From Chrysomallon squamiferum (Eukaryota; Animalia; Mollusca): a stretch of 64,000 bases of DNA. Positions within the stretch are counted from its first letter, which is position 1; each line of letters opens with the position of its first letter. The position numbers and the translations under genes were made by a program. The DNA lies in assembly GCA_012295275.1 (NCBI GenBank), contig CM022665.1, positions 27,652,001 to 27,716,000 on the forward strand. Reading direction: 5' to 3'. The notes under the pieces are model-generated. The model made no database searches and had not been told where the DNA came from. It saw nothing but the letters and a program-made list of their open reading frames with translations. This document shows positions 36,214 to 63,000 of the stretch, one piece after another.

Positions 36214-36654
36214 AAACTTTTATTATCTTTCCGCTCAGTACAAAAATCATTTATATCTAAAGGATATGAATTTATTAATAAAATAATAATTTTTCGCTGT
36301 AAATATACGAGATTACTCAGTAAAATACATGTACAACGTATTTACCCGATCCTAATCCTATGTGTTTTTCACCAAACATTTAGTTGGTGTATTTATCATG
36401 TAAATATGGTTTTCTTTTGAAACAGATATGAAGTTATAGAAACGCCGGATAAAGAATTTGGTGCTTTTGTTAATAATTCGTGGACTGGTTTGGTGGGATT
36501 ATTGCAAACGAAGGTAGTGTATAATAGTAAACGTTTGTAACAACAACGACAATGACTATCACCACTACTACTATAACTACGAAATAGCAACAACTACCAT
36601 TATTGCAATTACTACTACAATAACAACCTTTAAAAATAAAATAAATAGAAATGG

Positions 36655-36744
<90 letters not shown>

Positions 36745-37721
36745 CAAACATAAATTTAAATGACGACATTCAGTTTTCAGAAAAGTGTTATAAAGGAACA
36801 GAACACCAATCCAGTTATTTTTAATGTACTAAATTTTAAACTGAACTTTAAATGACTGAAAAACAAAACAAGACTCTAACATACTTATCGAAATTAATTT
36901 TCACAGAAAGTGGACTTGGTCGTAGGCCCGCTCACTGTGACTAAGGAACGTGAGATGGTAATGGACTTTATTTACCCTTTCTACCACGACTACGGAAAGG
37001 GTATATTTCGGACACCAGATCCAGCCAAATCGAAATGGAAGACGCTGCTTCGACCCTTCAGATGGGAAGTCATAGCGTCGCTAGGTGGCGCTTTTGTCTT
37101 TTCGGCTATGTTCTTGTACGTTACTCAGAAACTGATGCTACACGTACAGACGGGAAGTATGGCAAGCAAAGAATTGTTTTTTCAAGACAGTGTGTGGTAT
37201 ACATACGCGACATACGTCAAACACTGTAAGTGTTAGGTCCACTGCTGCTGCTGTTATTTCTACGTCTACAACAACAGCAGCAACAACAGAAACAACAACG
37301 TCTACTACAACTACTACTACTACTATTACTATTACTACTAGTATTCTACAGCTACCACTACTATTACAAGACTTCTATAACTACTACTATTACTAGTACT
37401 TCTAACAATAAAGATATAATAAATGATAATGATATTTATGAACGAAAAGATCGATTATTATTGTCTGCTTATTATTTTTGTGATTTATAACAAAGTAGTG
37501 GCAGCAGTATTAGTGTTTGTATTATTATAGTGTTAGTTCAAACATATAAAAAATAAAAATTGTAGTTGTGATTTGTTTATAGGTAGAAGTTGTTGATGCT
37601 GTTGTGGAGACTGTGGAGACTGTTAATGATAATTTAAAACGTAACGCAAAAGTAAAATAGAAAGACAAAACAAAATATAGAGTGTTGGTCATCTTTTATT
37701 TGTTTATTTTATTTTATTTTT

Positions 37722-37762
<41 letters not shown>

Positions 37763-39914
37763 TTATTATTATTATTATTATTATTTTATTTTATTTTATT
37801 TATTTTTTTTTTTTTTTGTCTTATCTTTATCTATGTTTTAACTGAATCCTGTGCATTTCATCACTAATTTTCTCTCTGTGTTTCTCAAGACGCCAGATTT
37901 ATTCACATTTCTGGATGCTCCAAAGTGTTCGTCAGTTTTCTCTGGTTCTTCAGTACAATCGTCATAGCAGCGTACAGCGGGAGTCTCGTGGCTTTTCTCA
38001 CGGTGAAGAAAACCAGTCCGCCGTTCAGAACACTGGCCGAAGTCTCGAGACAGGATGAGTACAAGTGGGGAACAGTCGGAGGCAGCATGTGGGTCACGCT
38101 CTTCACGGTACGTGGCAACTGTGGATGATTATTACAGTTACGACTGTGGCGTGGATAATAATGACAGATGTGGTGATGATGATGGTTGTAATAATAATGA
38201 TGATCACGATCATGATCATGGTGTGGTAGTGATAATAATGAAAATAATGATGATGATGAATTATATTAATTAATTTGGTTAAAGAAAAAACAAAAAAATT
38301 GCAGTCATTTGTAAATGTTATTCTTTCTTGTTGATTTGTTAATGAAATAAAGTTTTAAAGATCCATACTTAGATTACGTCTTCAGTGAATGACATGAAAT
38401 ACGTTAAAGTTATGGTGAACTGTTTTCTGAATAGTTTTAAATCATTTTTATATATAAGCCACTATTCATATTTTAGTAGCTGTAATCTCTTAAGCTCAAA
38501 ATATTTAAACTTTTACATTTCTTTTTATGAAAAAGTTTAGTATTTAAAGTTATTACAGCATCACAAGAAACAACTGGTAAGTAGAATCAGCTACTAAAAT
38601 AGTATTACTTTACTGTTAACCGAAACTAAACAAACTGAATAACATTCTTATTATTTTCTAACATTAAATTTAATTCAGAGATCAAATCTGACTGTCTATC
38701 AAGACATATGGCGAGGCATTCAACGATTTAAAAACAGGGACGAAGACGTTCTCAGTACGTCCGACGAAGTACACAAACGTAAGGTGATAAATGGCAACTA
38801 CATCTTCTTCTTCGACGGCGATATCATCATGCTGTGGTCGGAGGCGAACTGCGACCTGGAGATGTTGGATGAAACTTTTTATCAGATTCAGTACGCTGTT
38901 GGTCTTCCTAACATGTCGCCGTACAACAAACTCTTTTCAGACACGTTAGTTCTTGTTTTTATTACGTCATGTTAATAATAAAACAAAAATTAAAAATTAA
39001 AAAACAGATGTCGACCTTTTACTCCACACGTAAATATTTTAATCGAAGTTTTGATATTTTCTCATTTGAATTTGATTAAACCATTGAACTATCAACAACT
39101 GGTGGTGGTTTCCAAAGGGGTCGTCTGATAAATAAGAAAAACATATCATTATCTTTGATACATTCAAATTAATTTCATTAATAAATGACATTCGCACTTG
39201 AAAGGGTTATTACACACACACATACACACGCGCACACAGTGGTGGGATTTTAGAAAATTATATATATACTTATATCAAGAAACGAAGAAATGAATATGAA
39301 AGATTAAAAAACGAATGAAACAAAGATAAATTAATAGAAGAATTTTTGGTGTTTGTGTGAAAGAAATTAAAAAGAAAATAATAAGAAGAATTGAAAAATG
39401 AAGTAAAGAAAAAAACGTAAAAAGAAATAAGAAATGAAAAAACAAACAAAAAACAATGTAATTGCTTCAGAAAGACTTACATTTATAAATTATGTTTTTA
39501 ACTGATATTGATTTTACAAGTCTTCTGATGCATCTATATTTATTTTATTGATTTATTTATTTTTTGTTTGTTATTATTATTTTTTTGACTCGATAAATCA
39601 ACTTTCAAAAACAAATAACAATCTGGTTATTTAGATTAAAACTAACAACATGATGGCCTATTATTTGTTTTTACATTTTTTCCTCCAGTATTACATGTGT
39701 TAATTTTCACAGAATGCTGGCGATAGAACAGAGCGGGTTGCTGGACATCTGGAAGAAGAGATGGTGGCCAAAGAAGAACGTGTGTTTAGGTGATCAGCTC
39801 GAAGCCCGTGTCATCGACATTGTGGACGTGCAAAGCGCCTTCTACGTCATGTGTATTGGCGTTTTTGTCGGTTTTGTCATACTACTGTTTGAAAAGTGGC
39901 GACAAAGATTATGA
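29515..39914 (+). CDS. Gene C: divergent ionotropic glutamate receptor / IR-like subunit (707 aa)
   Basis: Exons 29515-29629, 31878-32150, 32765-32955, 34353-34514, 34887-35072, 35872-35975, 36426-36513, 36907-37225, 37890-38107, 38679-38944, 39713-39914. They sum to 2124 nt, intact, with the same intron phases as A/B. Motifs WSPFV..EGICMDLL, VDLVVGPLTVTKEREMVMDF, AYSGSLVAFLT, WKKRWW. Confidence 0.92.
31878..32150 (+). CDS. Gene C exon 2
   Basis: 273 bp; ends QIVKELKWPNVVVLFDKNT. Confidence 0.85.
32765..32955 (+). CDS. Gene C exon 3
   Basis: 191 bp; ESAASQLS...NFLVLCHSDCIWKIISQ. Confidence 0.88.
34353..34514 (+). CDS. Gene C exon 4
   Basis: 162 bp; VNSYDEKTVAIQSLSKWIF...LDHVAIF. Confidence 0.87.
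34887..35072 (+). CDS. Gene C exon 5
   Basis: 186 bp; ends LFPNIRFGFNKRKFLAATIV. Confidence 0.9.
35140..35380 (+). repeat. Degenerate short-unit tandem repeat (C intron 5)
   Basis: Recurrent aatattgatatc/aatattgacat motifs. Confidence 0.7.
35872..35975 (+). CDS. Gene C exon 6 (S1)
   Basis: 104 bp; WSPFVIETKDSQGKIVYEGICMDLLYQMAISLNFT. Confidence 0.93.
36426..36513 (+). CDS. Gene C exon 7 (S1)
   Basis: 88 bp; YEVIETPDKEFGAFVNNSWTGLVGLLQTK. Confidence 0.93.
36907..37225 (+). CDS. Gene C exon 8
   Basis: 319 bp; KVDLVVGPLTVTKERE...LLRPFRWEV...VWYTYATYVKH. Confidence 0.95.
37890..38107 (+). CDS. Gene C exon 9 (pore loop, M3)
   Basis: 218 bp; YARFIHISGCSKVFVSFLWFF..AYSGSLVAF..WGTVGGSMWVTLFT. 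Confidence 0.9.
38679..38944 (+). CDS. Gene C exon 10 (S2)
   Basis: 266 bp; RSNLTVYQDIW...GNYIFFFD...NCDL...YAVGLPNMSPY. Confidence 0.95.
39713..39914 (+). CDS. Gene C exon 11 (M4)
   Basis: MLAIEQSGLLDIWKKRWW..C..DVQSAFYVMCIG...EKWRQRL*. Confidence 0.95.
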
Positions 39915-41017
39915 GTTTCTAGACTGTTAAATAGATAACCAGTGAGGCCAGCAAATATTGTATGTACAGAGAAAGGATTCCAAATCGTGTTTCTACTGCA
40001 TTGATCCATTACTGAAGTAAAAAATCAATTTTCTATTAAAATAATTTTTTAATGTTTAGGTTATTTTAAAGTTTCAGATGGAATTACTGTTTATACGTAT
40101 ATACTGCATTTAAATATTAATATTAATAAATGCTTTGGATGATGTTTAGAAATGTAGTATCAGTGCATCTTACAGTCTGAATGGTTCCTCTTACTCTGAT
40201 GTTTATTCGGAAATTCGAGGAAATTGATATATTCATTTAAAACAAACAAATAAATATATAATGAGAATGATTGCATCATATCTAAACCAAAGATACTGTA
40301 CAAAGAAATATGACATTATGTACATATTGTTCTATACGTTTGAATATTTATTATATACGTATCAGAAAACTGTGGAATTACAGTTGTAGAAGAAATTCCC
40401 GTCATTCGTAAAGACAGTGATTCCCATATTCATGTACATACACTGAATACGTTATCTGGAGATTGAACAATATCGTGTTTTGTGAAACGTGTTTAACAGA
40501 TGTACAGTATTATAATTGTGTCAATAAATAATGTTTACAGGCATCATCTATTTCCGATACAGAACTCCGTATTAGTTTCATTCTTCTTGTTAATACAGAT
40601 TACGCAAAACGGCAGAGGGTATATATATATATATATCTGTGTGTTCTACTTCATGTGTACTGAATATTTTGTAATTGACTTTCTTGCGTGCTTATCTGCA
40701 TAGAATAACAATAAAATGTAATTATAATTGATTTTTTTTTTTTTAATTACAATGTGTGTCTTGGATGTGTGGTATTATTAAAATATGTTTCTTAGATGTG
40801 TGGTATTTTCAGAGAATTAATACTGTATCCATCACATTGATGGTGTCACTTCTTGTTATCATTAACATGAATAATGCAGTAAATGCATATTTCTGAATGT
40901 GGAAATGAAAATATGCTTTGAAAAGATCTAGAAGAAAATAAATTATTAAAACAGTATTGTTCTTTTAATATATACTTTAACGAGGTTTTTATCAATAACT
41001 ATTCAAATAAATTTTCA

Positions 41018-41125
<108 letters not shown>

Positions 41126-41854
41126 CCTCTTTCATTAGTCATACAAACTAACGCATACCATTTGTGTCCATATGACAATTTCATACGCGCATATAGTGGA
41201 TGAGAACCTCTTATTATTTGTATGTATTTGTGTATAATTATGATAATTCTCTTAAAATCCAAGACAAAAAAGGAAACTATTTCATTTGGTTAAACATGGA
41301 AAACAATAAAACCAAATAATGAATGAAAAGAAATACAGACAAGAGAAAAACATTTTTATTATTCTCACAATACCGACGAAGCCAACAATAAATAAAAATC
41401 ATTACAATTTTTATCTCAGTAACTAAGCTCTTTAAGTCGTAAGTTAATTGGTGCGAACGTGAAAGCTTTTTTTCTGGAAAAAGCTGGTTACAAACAACAT
41501 TAACAACAAAAACCTAGGGTCATTGTTTCCTTTAAACCACCATAAGGAATTATTTGCAGCCAGAACGTTAATTGCATATAACTCTATAACCCTGATTGAA
41601 AGTGTATCTAGTAAATGGTTGCAGTTCCTCCTGGTACTAATTACGTAGTGTGATGCTAACGTTTAGTCGTGTAGTAATGGTTCATTATCAGAGTGAATTT
41701 GAGTGATGAGTCCCTCAGTAACTGAGATCAAATACCTTTTAATTAGATACAGCTAATCAGTCATGAACTATAGACTAGCGATTTGTGTGTGCGTGTGTAA
41801 GAGAGAGAGACAGAGAACGAAATAGAGAGATCGGAAGAGTGAGAGAGAGACAGC

Positions 41855-42088
<234 letters not shown>

Positions 42089-42091
42089 AAT

Positions 42092-43360
42092 ATTAATGAA
42101 CTGATTAACCTAATGTTTATTTGCTTTCAGACATGTATGTGAATGCATATTTTCTGCCATTCATAAGAACGAGATTGTTAAAAAATAGTCTATCGTTTAA
42201 AGAATGCATTGAAATGAATATATTTAATAAATACACGTATATTTACATCTTTATATTAATGTATAAATAAATACAAATATGCTTATGAAGAACAAATTTT
42301 TATTTCACTAACATTCGATATTACATTTTTTGTAAAAGACAACCAAACTGAGGCGCCTCTATTATAAAGTACATTCAAAACATCTTCACCGTTGGAAGAA
42401 AATGTCGTAAGTATTATTTCAAGAAAGTTCAGTAAAACAGTTGAAAAGAATATTTCTCGCAACAAAATCAGGCCAATTACAGATTCTTTCTGGATTTGTT
42501 TTGTAATCGCTGGTGAGATATCAGAAAGGATCGTGAAAGAATATAATGAAAGAATAATTTTGGCTAAATTGTCATTTTCTGAATAAATTGAAAATTACAT
42601 ACTGGTCACCTTTATACAAGTGTAATAATGTATACAGCAATTAAAACCCATTTTTTTTAATAAATGTCTAAATTACAAACAGACAAGTGTTGGATCGCAC
42701 TTAGCTGATTCGGGTGTTTAAAGATTTTCTTTAAACCGGTAAAAATAATCATTTGGTTTTCATTGTAATATCATTGTTCGTTTTATACTTTTCAAATATT
42801 CAAAGTGTACATGTCTGGGATCCATAAAGGTAAAATGTCTACGTGGTGTCACAAAGGAAGTAATTTTTGATATAAATAATTATGCATTGTGCTCCTAATA
42901 TTAATGTAAGAACTGATTCATTTAATATTAACAAATTTCTAGTGAAGGTAAAATATATGTGCTTCTGGTATATATACACTTTGATTTATATACAGCCTTA
43001 ATATAAGGTACTAAATAATGAATGTTAGTGAATGTTTTTTGTTTGGTCTTTTAAAAAAAAAAAAGCTTAAAGACATCCTATTTAGGCGGTTTACGATTGA
43101 TATTATATGTGACCATTCTTACACATTGAAACAAAAATGTATACTCTCACACACACACACACACTCACAAAACACACACACACATATATGCAAAACACAC
43201 TTCTGCACAAACACACACACACACACACACACACACAAATATATACATAAACACATATAGGCCTACATGAAAAAACCTTAGCTATCAGATATTGCAACCT
43301 TCAAGTTAACGCAATTATCATTTTCCCTTCATTTTCTGACTTCAGAATACCTAGCGTTAA
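42092..43360 (+). repeat. Duplicated non-coding block, copy 2 (between C and D, 3' flank of D)
   Basis: 42092-42551 matches 13211-13667 with about 16 differences; further, more diverged matches at 43061-43145 and 43272-43360. Confidence 0.95.
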
Positions 43361-43690
43361 TGTTAAATATTAACTCCACTTCGTGGAAAGTAACACAGAG
43401 AAGCCACTGCGTTACATATGTCACTGGGACCTTATCAAAGACATAGCAACACGTCAGGCAAGCCACCTGCTGCCTAGTAACCCTGTTTCCTGTCACTGAT
43501 TGCGAGTTTACTGCGTTGATTAAGACCTTGAAATAACAACAGATCTAGCATTGTGCATCTTTAAATAAACGACCATGTTAATTCGATCTTGGTCGTTGTT
43601 TTTTGTGTGTTTTTTTCTACACTGATATAAGAGCCACAGTGTGTTAAAAAAAATAAAATAAAAAAATTATAATTAAAATTAAAATATATA

Positions 43691-56350
<12,660 letters not shown>

Positions 56351-56801
56351 GATACGTAAATCCGTGACAACTGCCGCAGCTCGTGTCGTACAAGAAGTGC
56401 GAACTCTCACAGGTGTTTTTACGTGAATCAGGTACGAATGGTCACAGTTCTTTCCGCGAAACACGTATCAATTGTGACAGTTGTTTCCGTGAAACACTTA
56501 CGACTGGTCGCAGTACTTTCCGCGAAAAAACACATAACACCTTGACGTGATTTCTACTTGCTCTAATGCCCGACGACTTAACAGCTGTACAATGCCAGTT
56601 CCGAAAACCCATTCTCAACACTACAACAGTAATAGCGCCTGCTTCCGTATCGAACCTTCAGTTTGTTTTTCTTCTTCTTCTTCCTTTTTTTAAATAGACC
56701 AGCTAAGAGCTGATCAATGTATATTTCCCACAGTATGAAAGTAAAATAAAACTAAAAATACGCACACACACACACACACACACATCAAATAAATAAATTA
56801 A

Positions 56802-56832
<31 letters not shown>

Positions 56833-57054
56833 TAAAAAAAAAAAAAAAAAAAAATAAAAAAAAAATAAATAAACAATAAATAAACAATAAAAAATAAAAA
56901 TAAAAGTAAAATAAAAGATGAATTGATGAATTATTTGAAGTGTTGAAGCAATTACATTAAAAAACCAAACGATGCTCTGGGAATGACAAGAAAGTTTTTG
57001 TATATTTTAATGTTAAGTCGAATAATTCGCACAGTAATCCACTGAAAAACAATC

Positions 57055-57099
<45 letters not shown>

Positions 57100-57799
57100 T
57101 AATAAATTCTATCCCAAACTGAACTACGTCCACGATGTATTATTAGCAAAAATAACCCCTTCGTTTTTTCATTTCTCCTTTTACATTAATTTCTGGAACA
57201 GCCCTCACAGTTGAAAGGTTGCTATGACAACACGGAAGTTGATAATACTCCCCTGAATAAAGAATAAAATCAAATAAAATGACGAAAGTTCGTTGATTTG
57301 ATTTCTCGTTAAACAATCGTAGCAATCTTCGCACGCAGAAAACTGAGTTCTCTTTAAACAATTATCCACTGTCTTATTTGGTTGCGAATATCGATTGTTC
57401 CATATTCAATACTGGCCGTGTTTATTTCGCAGACAAATGTCCATTGTTCCATGATGGCATGTATAATAATATTGGTTTGTTATCGATACGGTATGCAATA
57501 TGCTGAGGCCCCTAGTCACACGTACACTGTGAATCTACCACTTGTTTCAGTGTCGACTAATATTTCAGATGTGTTGTCTACCTGTTTAACGACGGACTGA
57601 AGACTCAGGCAGTTTGTTTAGCTGATGATATGATTATACTAATGATGCTATACGTTTTCTTGTTTGATTGTTTGTTTGTTTGTTTGTTTGTGTCTGCTTA
57701 CTTATTTATTTATATTTATTTTAATTTACTTTCTTTCTTTATTGTCATTATTATCTTATTAATAATTAATTAATTGTTTTGTTTATTTATTTATTTATG

Positions 57800-58165
57800 T
57801 ATTTATCATCATCATCATTATTATATCATTATTATTATTACTATTATTATTATATCACTATTATTATTATTACTATTATTATTATTACTATTTTTATTAT
57901 TACTATTATTATTATTACTATTATTATTATATTATTATTACTATTATTATTATTATTATTACTATTAATATATCATTATTATTATTATTACTATTATTAT
58001 TACTATTATTATTATATTATTATTATTATATTATTATTATTATTATTATTATTATTTATTACTATTATTATATTATTATTATTATATTATTATTATATTA
58101 TTACTATTATTATTATTACTATTATTATTACTATTATTATTATTATTATTATTGTTATTATTGTT
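57800..58165. repeat. (ATT)n microsatellite
   Basis: Direct reading. Confidence 0.95.
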
Positions 58166-58511
58166 ATTTGTTACACAAACAGGATACACATAAATAAATC
58201 TTATTAAATCCAAAAAGGTTTATTGATTTAGTGAATAAATGTTTTTTTAAATCTCTGTTCAAAATAGTTTAAACTAAAATTCAAACCCAAATAGGTGAAT
58301 GAGTTTTATTACGCATAACCAGGACAGCGGATTAACTAAGTGAAATCTGTTAAAAACGCTTAACACATGGAGGTGAGTGACCAGTGCTGAAATTCAGTAT
58401 CAGTATTAAAACACGTTCTTCTGGTTAACACTTAGTAGCGGCTCACTGGTATTACGGGAGATTTCCATCTGAGTCCCAGTGTGGAAATAACTGAAAACTG
58501 AAAAAAGAAAA

Positions 58512-58564
<53 letters not shown>

Positions 58565-59789
58565 TAATAATAATAATAATAATATTAATATTACGAAGAT
58601 TCTGAAAACATTCAAATAAGGCTTCTTTAATACTATAATTTCTTCCAGCAGATTAGAGATATCTTCAAGTTCATGTTTATGTGGGCTCTTTTGGACCCTT
58701 TAGAATAGGCTTTTTTTTTTACAAGTTTTCCTGGTAGAAATGTTAGACCTAGTTCATCAGTGGGAACACTGGGTTTTGTTTTTTTTTTTTTTTAGACAAA
58801 ACAAAAAAATGTGATATGAACAACTACATACGAAAGCGCCAGTAACAAAATCTGTAACCTTTATAAACCTATACAGTACAGATCAGCAATGTATAAAACA
58901 ACTTGGCATTAACGAAAGAAATGAATAAAATTTTAATTTTCATCTTCCAAAAGGGAGAGCTATAAATGTCAAAACGCCTGGTTTAATAACGAAATGATAA
59001 TGTTTACGCTATTTTCCTTTTCATATCTTGAATTAATCGACTAAAATTCAATACTTATATTAAACTTTCTCTTTTCTTACCACGTTTTCTCAATATTTTT
59101 ATCAGTGCCTTAATTAACTAATGCATTACGATAACCATGCTTTCTTTAAAAGGTTAAATAAGTATGTAAAAGACTAAAATAAATAAATAAATAAATAAAA
59201 TAATGCACATAATACAGACTACGAATTATAAATAAATTTGTGATCATCTAATTTTAACTATCGAATTCAAAGTGTATTTTATTGGTTACGTTTCAGTAAA
59301 CTGTGTTTAAGCCAGTTCTGAACTTTATAAATCTTTCAGCGTAACATCCTAGGGTTTCTAGGGGTCAAATAACGATTCAAGTAACTAATTACTTATCCCA
59401 ATACCATGAGTACTACGCGTATACCATATCAAACAACCTGAATTACCCGTTTGGGAAAATTGTACGTGAAACAAAATACACGTATATCGCTGCTTGTGTG
59501 TAAACGATTTCTAGTTCGTACAGTGAAGCAAATTCTAGCAAATTCGAAATCGTTTGTCTTATGTCGGTGCGTCAGATAACGATAACCGCAGCTTATACTG
59601 ATTATTTAAGACTCTGAAGGTTTTCAATTTCAAAGATTGCGTTAATTAATTCCTAGGCAAAAGTATATGTGTAACAAGATACAGCATTACGTTAATTGAT
59701 ACTTGTGATGAATTGTAAATTCATATATTAGAAAAGAAACCGTAACTGTATATTTTATTATTATATAACACTGTACAAAACTGGATAGT

Positions 59790-60090
59790 ATAGTATGGCT
59801 ACTACAGTATGACGTGGCATGGTTAACATATCGTTACGTATCATAGAACAGTTTAGTACAGTGCAGCACAGCATACCAGCATGCAGTACAGTGCAGTTAT
59901 AGCATAGCATAAACAGTACTGTAAAGCATACCGCTGCTGAGCACAGCATAAGGTAGGACAAGATGGGAAAGAATAGCATAAGGTAGCATAGTACAGTATA
60001 TATTAGGAAGAGTACGATAGAGAGCATAAATAATGTAGCTAGAACAGTATAGCGTAACAGGACTGTGTAGCGAAGCTTAGAATAACAGTA
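59790..60090 (+). repeat. Degenerate pentamer repeat (CAGTA/CATAG)n
   Basis: Runs such as agtacagtgcagcacagcata, gcatagtacagtata. Confidence 0.7.
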
Positions 60091-63000
60091 GAGAATAACA
60101 AAGCAAAAAAATAAAGGAAACAACACAATGATGGTTGTAAAATAAGTCTTATTTCAAATACTTTGTATACAATTTGTGTGTGTGTAACTATCATTCATCT
60201 CATATTTTAATTTTTTAAATATTTTTATCGATTCAAATTATTAATATTCTAACATACAGGTTGTAGAAATGTGCGAGAATTGTCCCCGTCCTGGTCGATT
60301 CTCAATAGAACGCTGAACTGTATTACTCTAGAGGCTGTAATGTTGCTGTCTGACGGATAACAGTAAATAATATTCCTCATTAAATTTACATTTTTATTTT
60401 ACGTGAAGTTCACGTCATAGCTAGTGCGTAACATTTTTGTTTTATGGTAGCTGATCAGTTATGTTGATTATCTAGTATTTCTTTTTTTACGTTGTTATTT
60501 TGTATGCAGCCGACCCGCATACAAGTACTAACAATATTTTTAACTTAAATGAAATTAGGGGAGAAAAAACACTGTTAGATTTTAAAATTATTTACGCATT
60601 AATGTCTTTTCATTCAAGGCAAATTATTAATACGTCTTGGGAATACTACTTAAGTTTGAAACGTGTTTTTCACTCGTTTTTAAAAAAAAGTCAAACATTA
60701 CTGTGACAGAGAAACAAAATGAATAGATTTAAAACAAAAGGTTTAAATACTGACAATGAATAACATTTTTTTTCGAGATTTATTATTTTTAAATAAATGA
60801 TTTCAATTATTATTTTAAAATCAATATCGCAAGGTTAGTAAAATTATAAATTTTCCTTTTAAGTAACAGACTTCCAATACACATACTGGTTTTGATTAAA
60901 ATCTATAATAGAAATGTTTTTACTGCTTTGTTGATAGCAGTCAAAACTTCAGTTAAGACAATTTCAGCTGTAAAAATATATATCACAGCGTTACTTTGTC
61001 AGCTGATAAGTTTCTAAAAAAATGTAGTCTGCAGTAGAAAATTCATTTTAAAACGGGCCAAACCCCACAAACATAACACAAAACAAAATCATTTATTGCA
61101 ATCTGTTTTAATTTGTTTATTTTAATATTTTTTTTCAATTTTTTTTTTTATTTTTTTTTTTCATTTTTTTTATTTTCTGCATTCAAGTTGCGCATTGAAA
61201 ATTTTCAAACAATGAATATACCATATCAATTTTACAGTAAAAATTTACAGTGGAGAACAAAATAAAATAAAATAAAGTTCGGGGAAAAAAAAAAGAATTG
61301 TGAAAAAAAAAAAAAAAAAAAAAAAAGTGAAGAGAGACATCTTGAGTAAAATAACAAATGATAAGATAAAATATCCACATAATATGATATTGGTGAGTTA
61401 TTTTAACATCAAAGATGAATAACTAGCAACTTTCATCAGACTTGCACCACGAAAATGTGGTATTTATTTCTCATGTACAACACTTTTCATTTCAAGAAAA
61501 GCCACTCAAGTTTCAAATCGGCATCTCATCATACATAATGTGCATATTTATTTCAACATGAAACTTTTATTAAGTCAATGAATAATAAAAAAAATAATAA
61601 TAATAATAAAACAAAATTAAAAATATATAGGAAGATCACCAGATAATCTGGATTATTTATTGAAATGTATTACTACTATATTATCAATCACTGATAGAAT
61701 ATTTTATTTCAGAATAAACCACAGACTTGTTCAAATGTTATTGAGGATGGTGGAATAATTTATATTGGAAAAAAAAATAAAAAAAATAAACCCAAGATAA
61801 GCAAGAAAGAAAAATTGTTATTGCTGTATTAACAATTTTGAACAAATGAAAAATTTAAACATATTTAAAAAAACATATATACATATGAAATAAATGTGTA
61901 CTCTTAAATGGTCATGAATAATAGTTTTATGTACATGATAAAAGAAATTAGTGTAAATTACATGAATTTGCTTTTTTCCCTGAAGAACTGAAATTACAAA
62001 AGCAAATCAAATATATTATCAGTTAATTACATGAAATAAATCTAATTCAGTTATCACATTCAACTTTTTTTTTTTTGTTAAGAAAATCCAAATACTTTTT
62101 ATTAAAAGTAAAAATCAATAATTTGAAAATCAAAACATTGCCTGTATAAGGCTATTCATTTTATTTAAACATTATTACAAAATAAAAAACAAAATAAAAG
62201 AGAAAACAAAAGTATGAACCAAAATGCATTGTGGTAAGTGCCATCTTTTCTAAAGACATTTGCAAATTTGTGAAATTCTTTTAACAGAATAAAATGATGC
62301 AACGTAAGTAAAATGTGAATTAATCATGAAAATGAAAATATGAATTAAGCATTCTAACAAATGATTTCACTCAAAATAATAAAACAAAAATTACTGTAAC
62401 GTATTTTATATTTAAACCAAAATATTTTAAGACTGACAGCTTTTATAATTATGAAGAACTTAACTTGAAATTGGACCAACATAGGTGATTAAATCTGTAA
62501 GCATGAAAAACTAAATTAACATGTTGAGAAAATTAACATTTTTATTTTGTTTTATAAAATATAATGTACGACAATTCATGCAATACTTCAAAAATCTAAA
62601 TTGTTTGCTCAAGTATTATTAGTATAATTATGTACGTGTGTTTAGCTTAATTTATATTTACTTAATATTTAAACATTTTTCTTATACATAAACCCTGAAA
62701 ATGTTCTGTAGATATATAAAAAATTACAAATCAAATCTAATTAGATAAATATGGTAATGGTGAAGCAGATGGTACTTGTTGATCCAGTATTTACTTATAC
62801 TGATGATTATCATGATTCCAACACCAACAAAATCCAAACACTAAATTTTTTAACCTTTATGTTGTTTTTTTAAACATATAGATACAAAACAAGTATACAC
62901 ATGTTGAGAAAATTAACATTTTTATTTTGTTTTTTAAATGATTTATCTAAGTCCCTGAAATGAGCAATATTTACAAGTTATATGAAACTTTCACTGTTAT

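Noticed and set aside
37891-37897. Alternative acceptor cgccag| for C exon 9
   Set aside because: Shifts the frame by 7 nt; the 37890 acceptor gives the 218 bp length seen in all four paralogs.
62520-62932. ~33 bp direct repeat catgttgagaaaattaacatttttattttgtttt (62520, 62900)
   Set aside because: A short local duplication in AT-rich DNA with no element structure between the copies.
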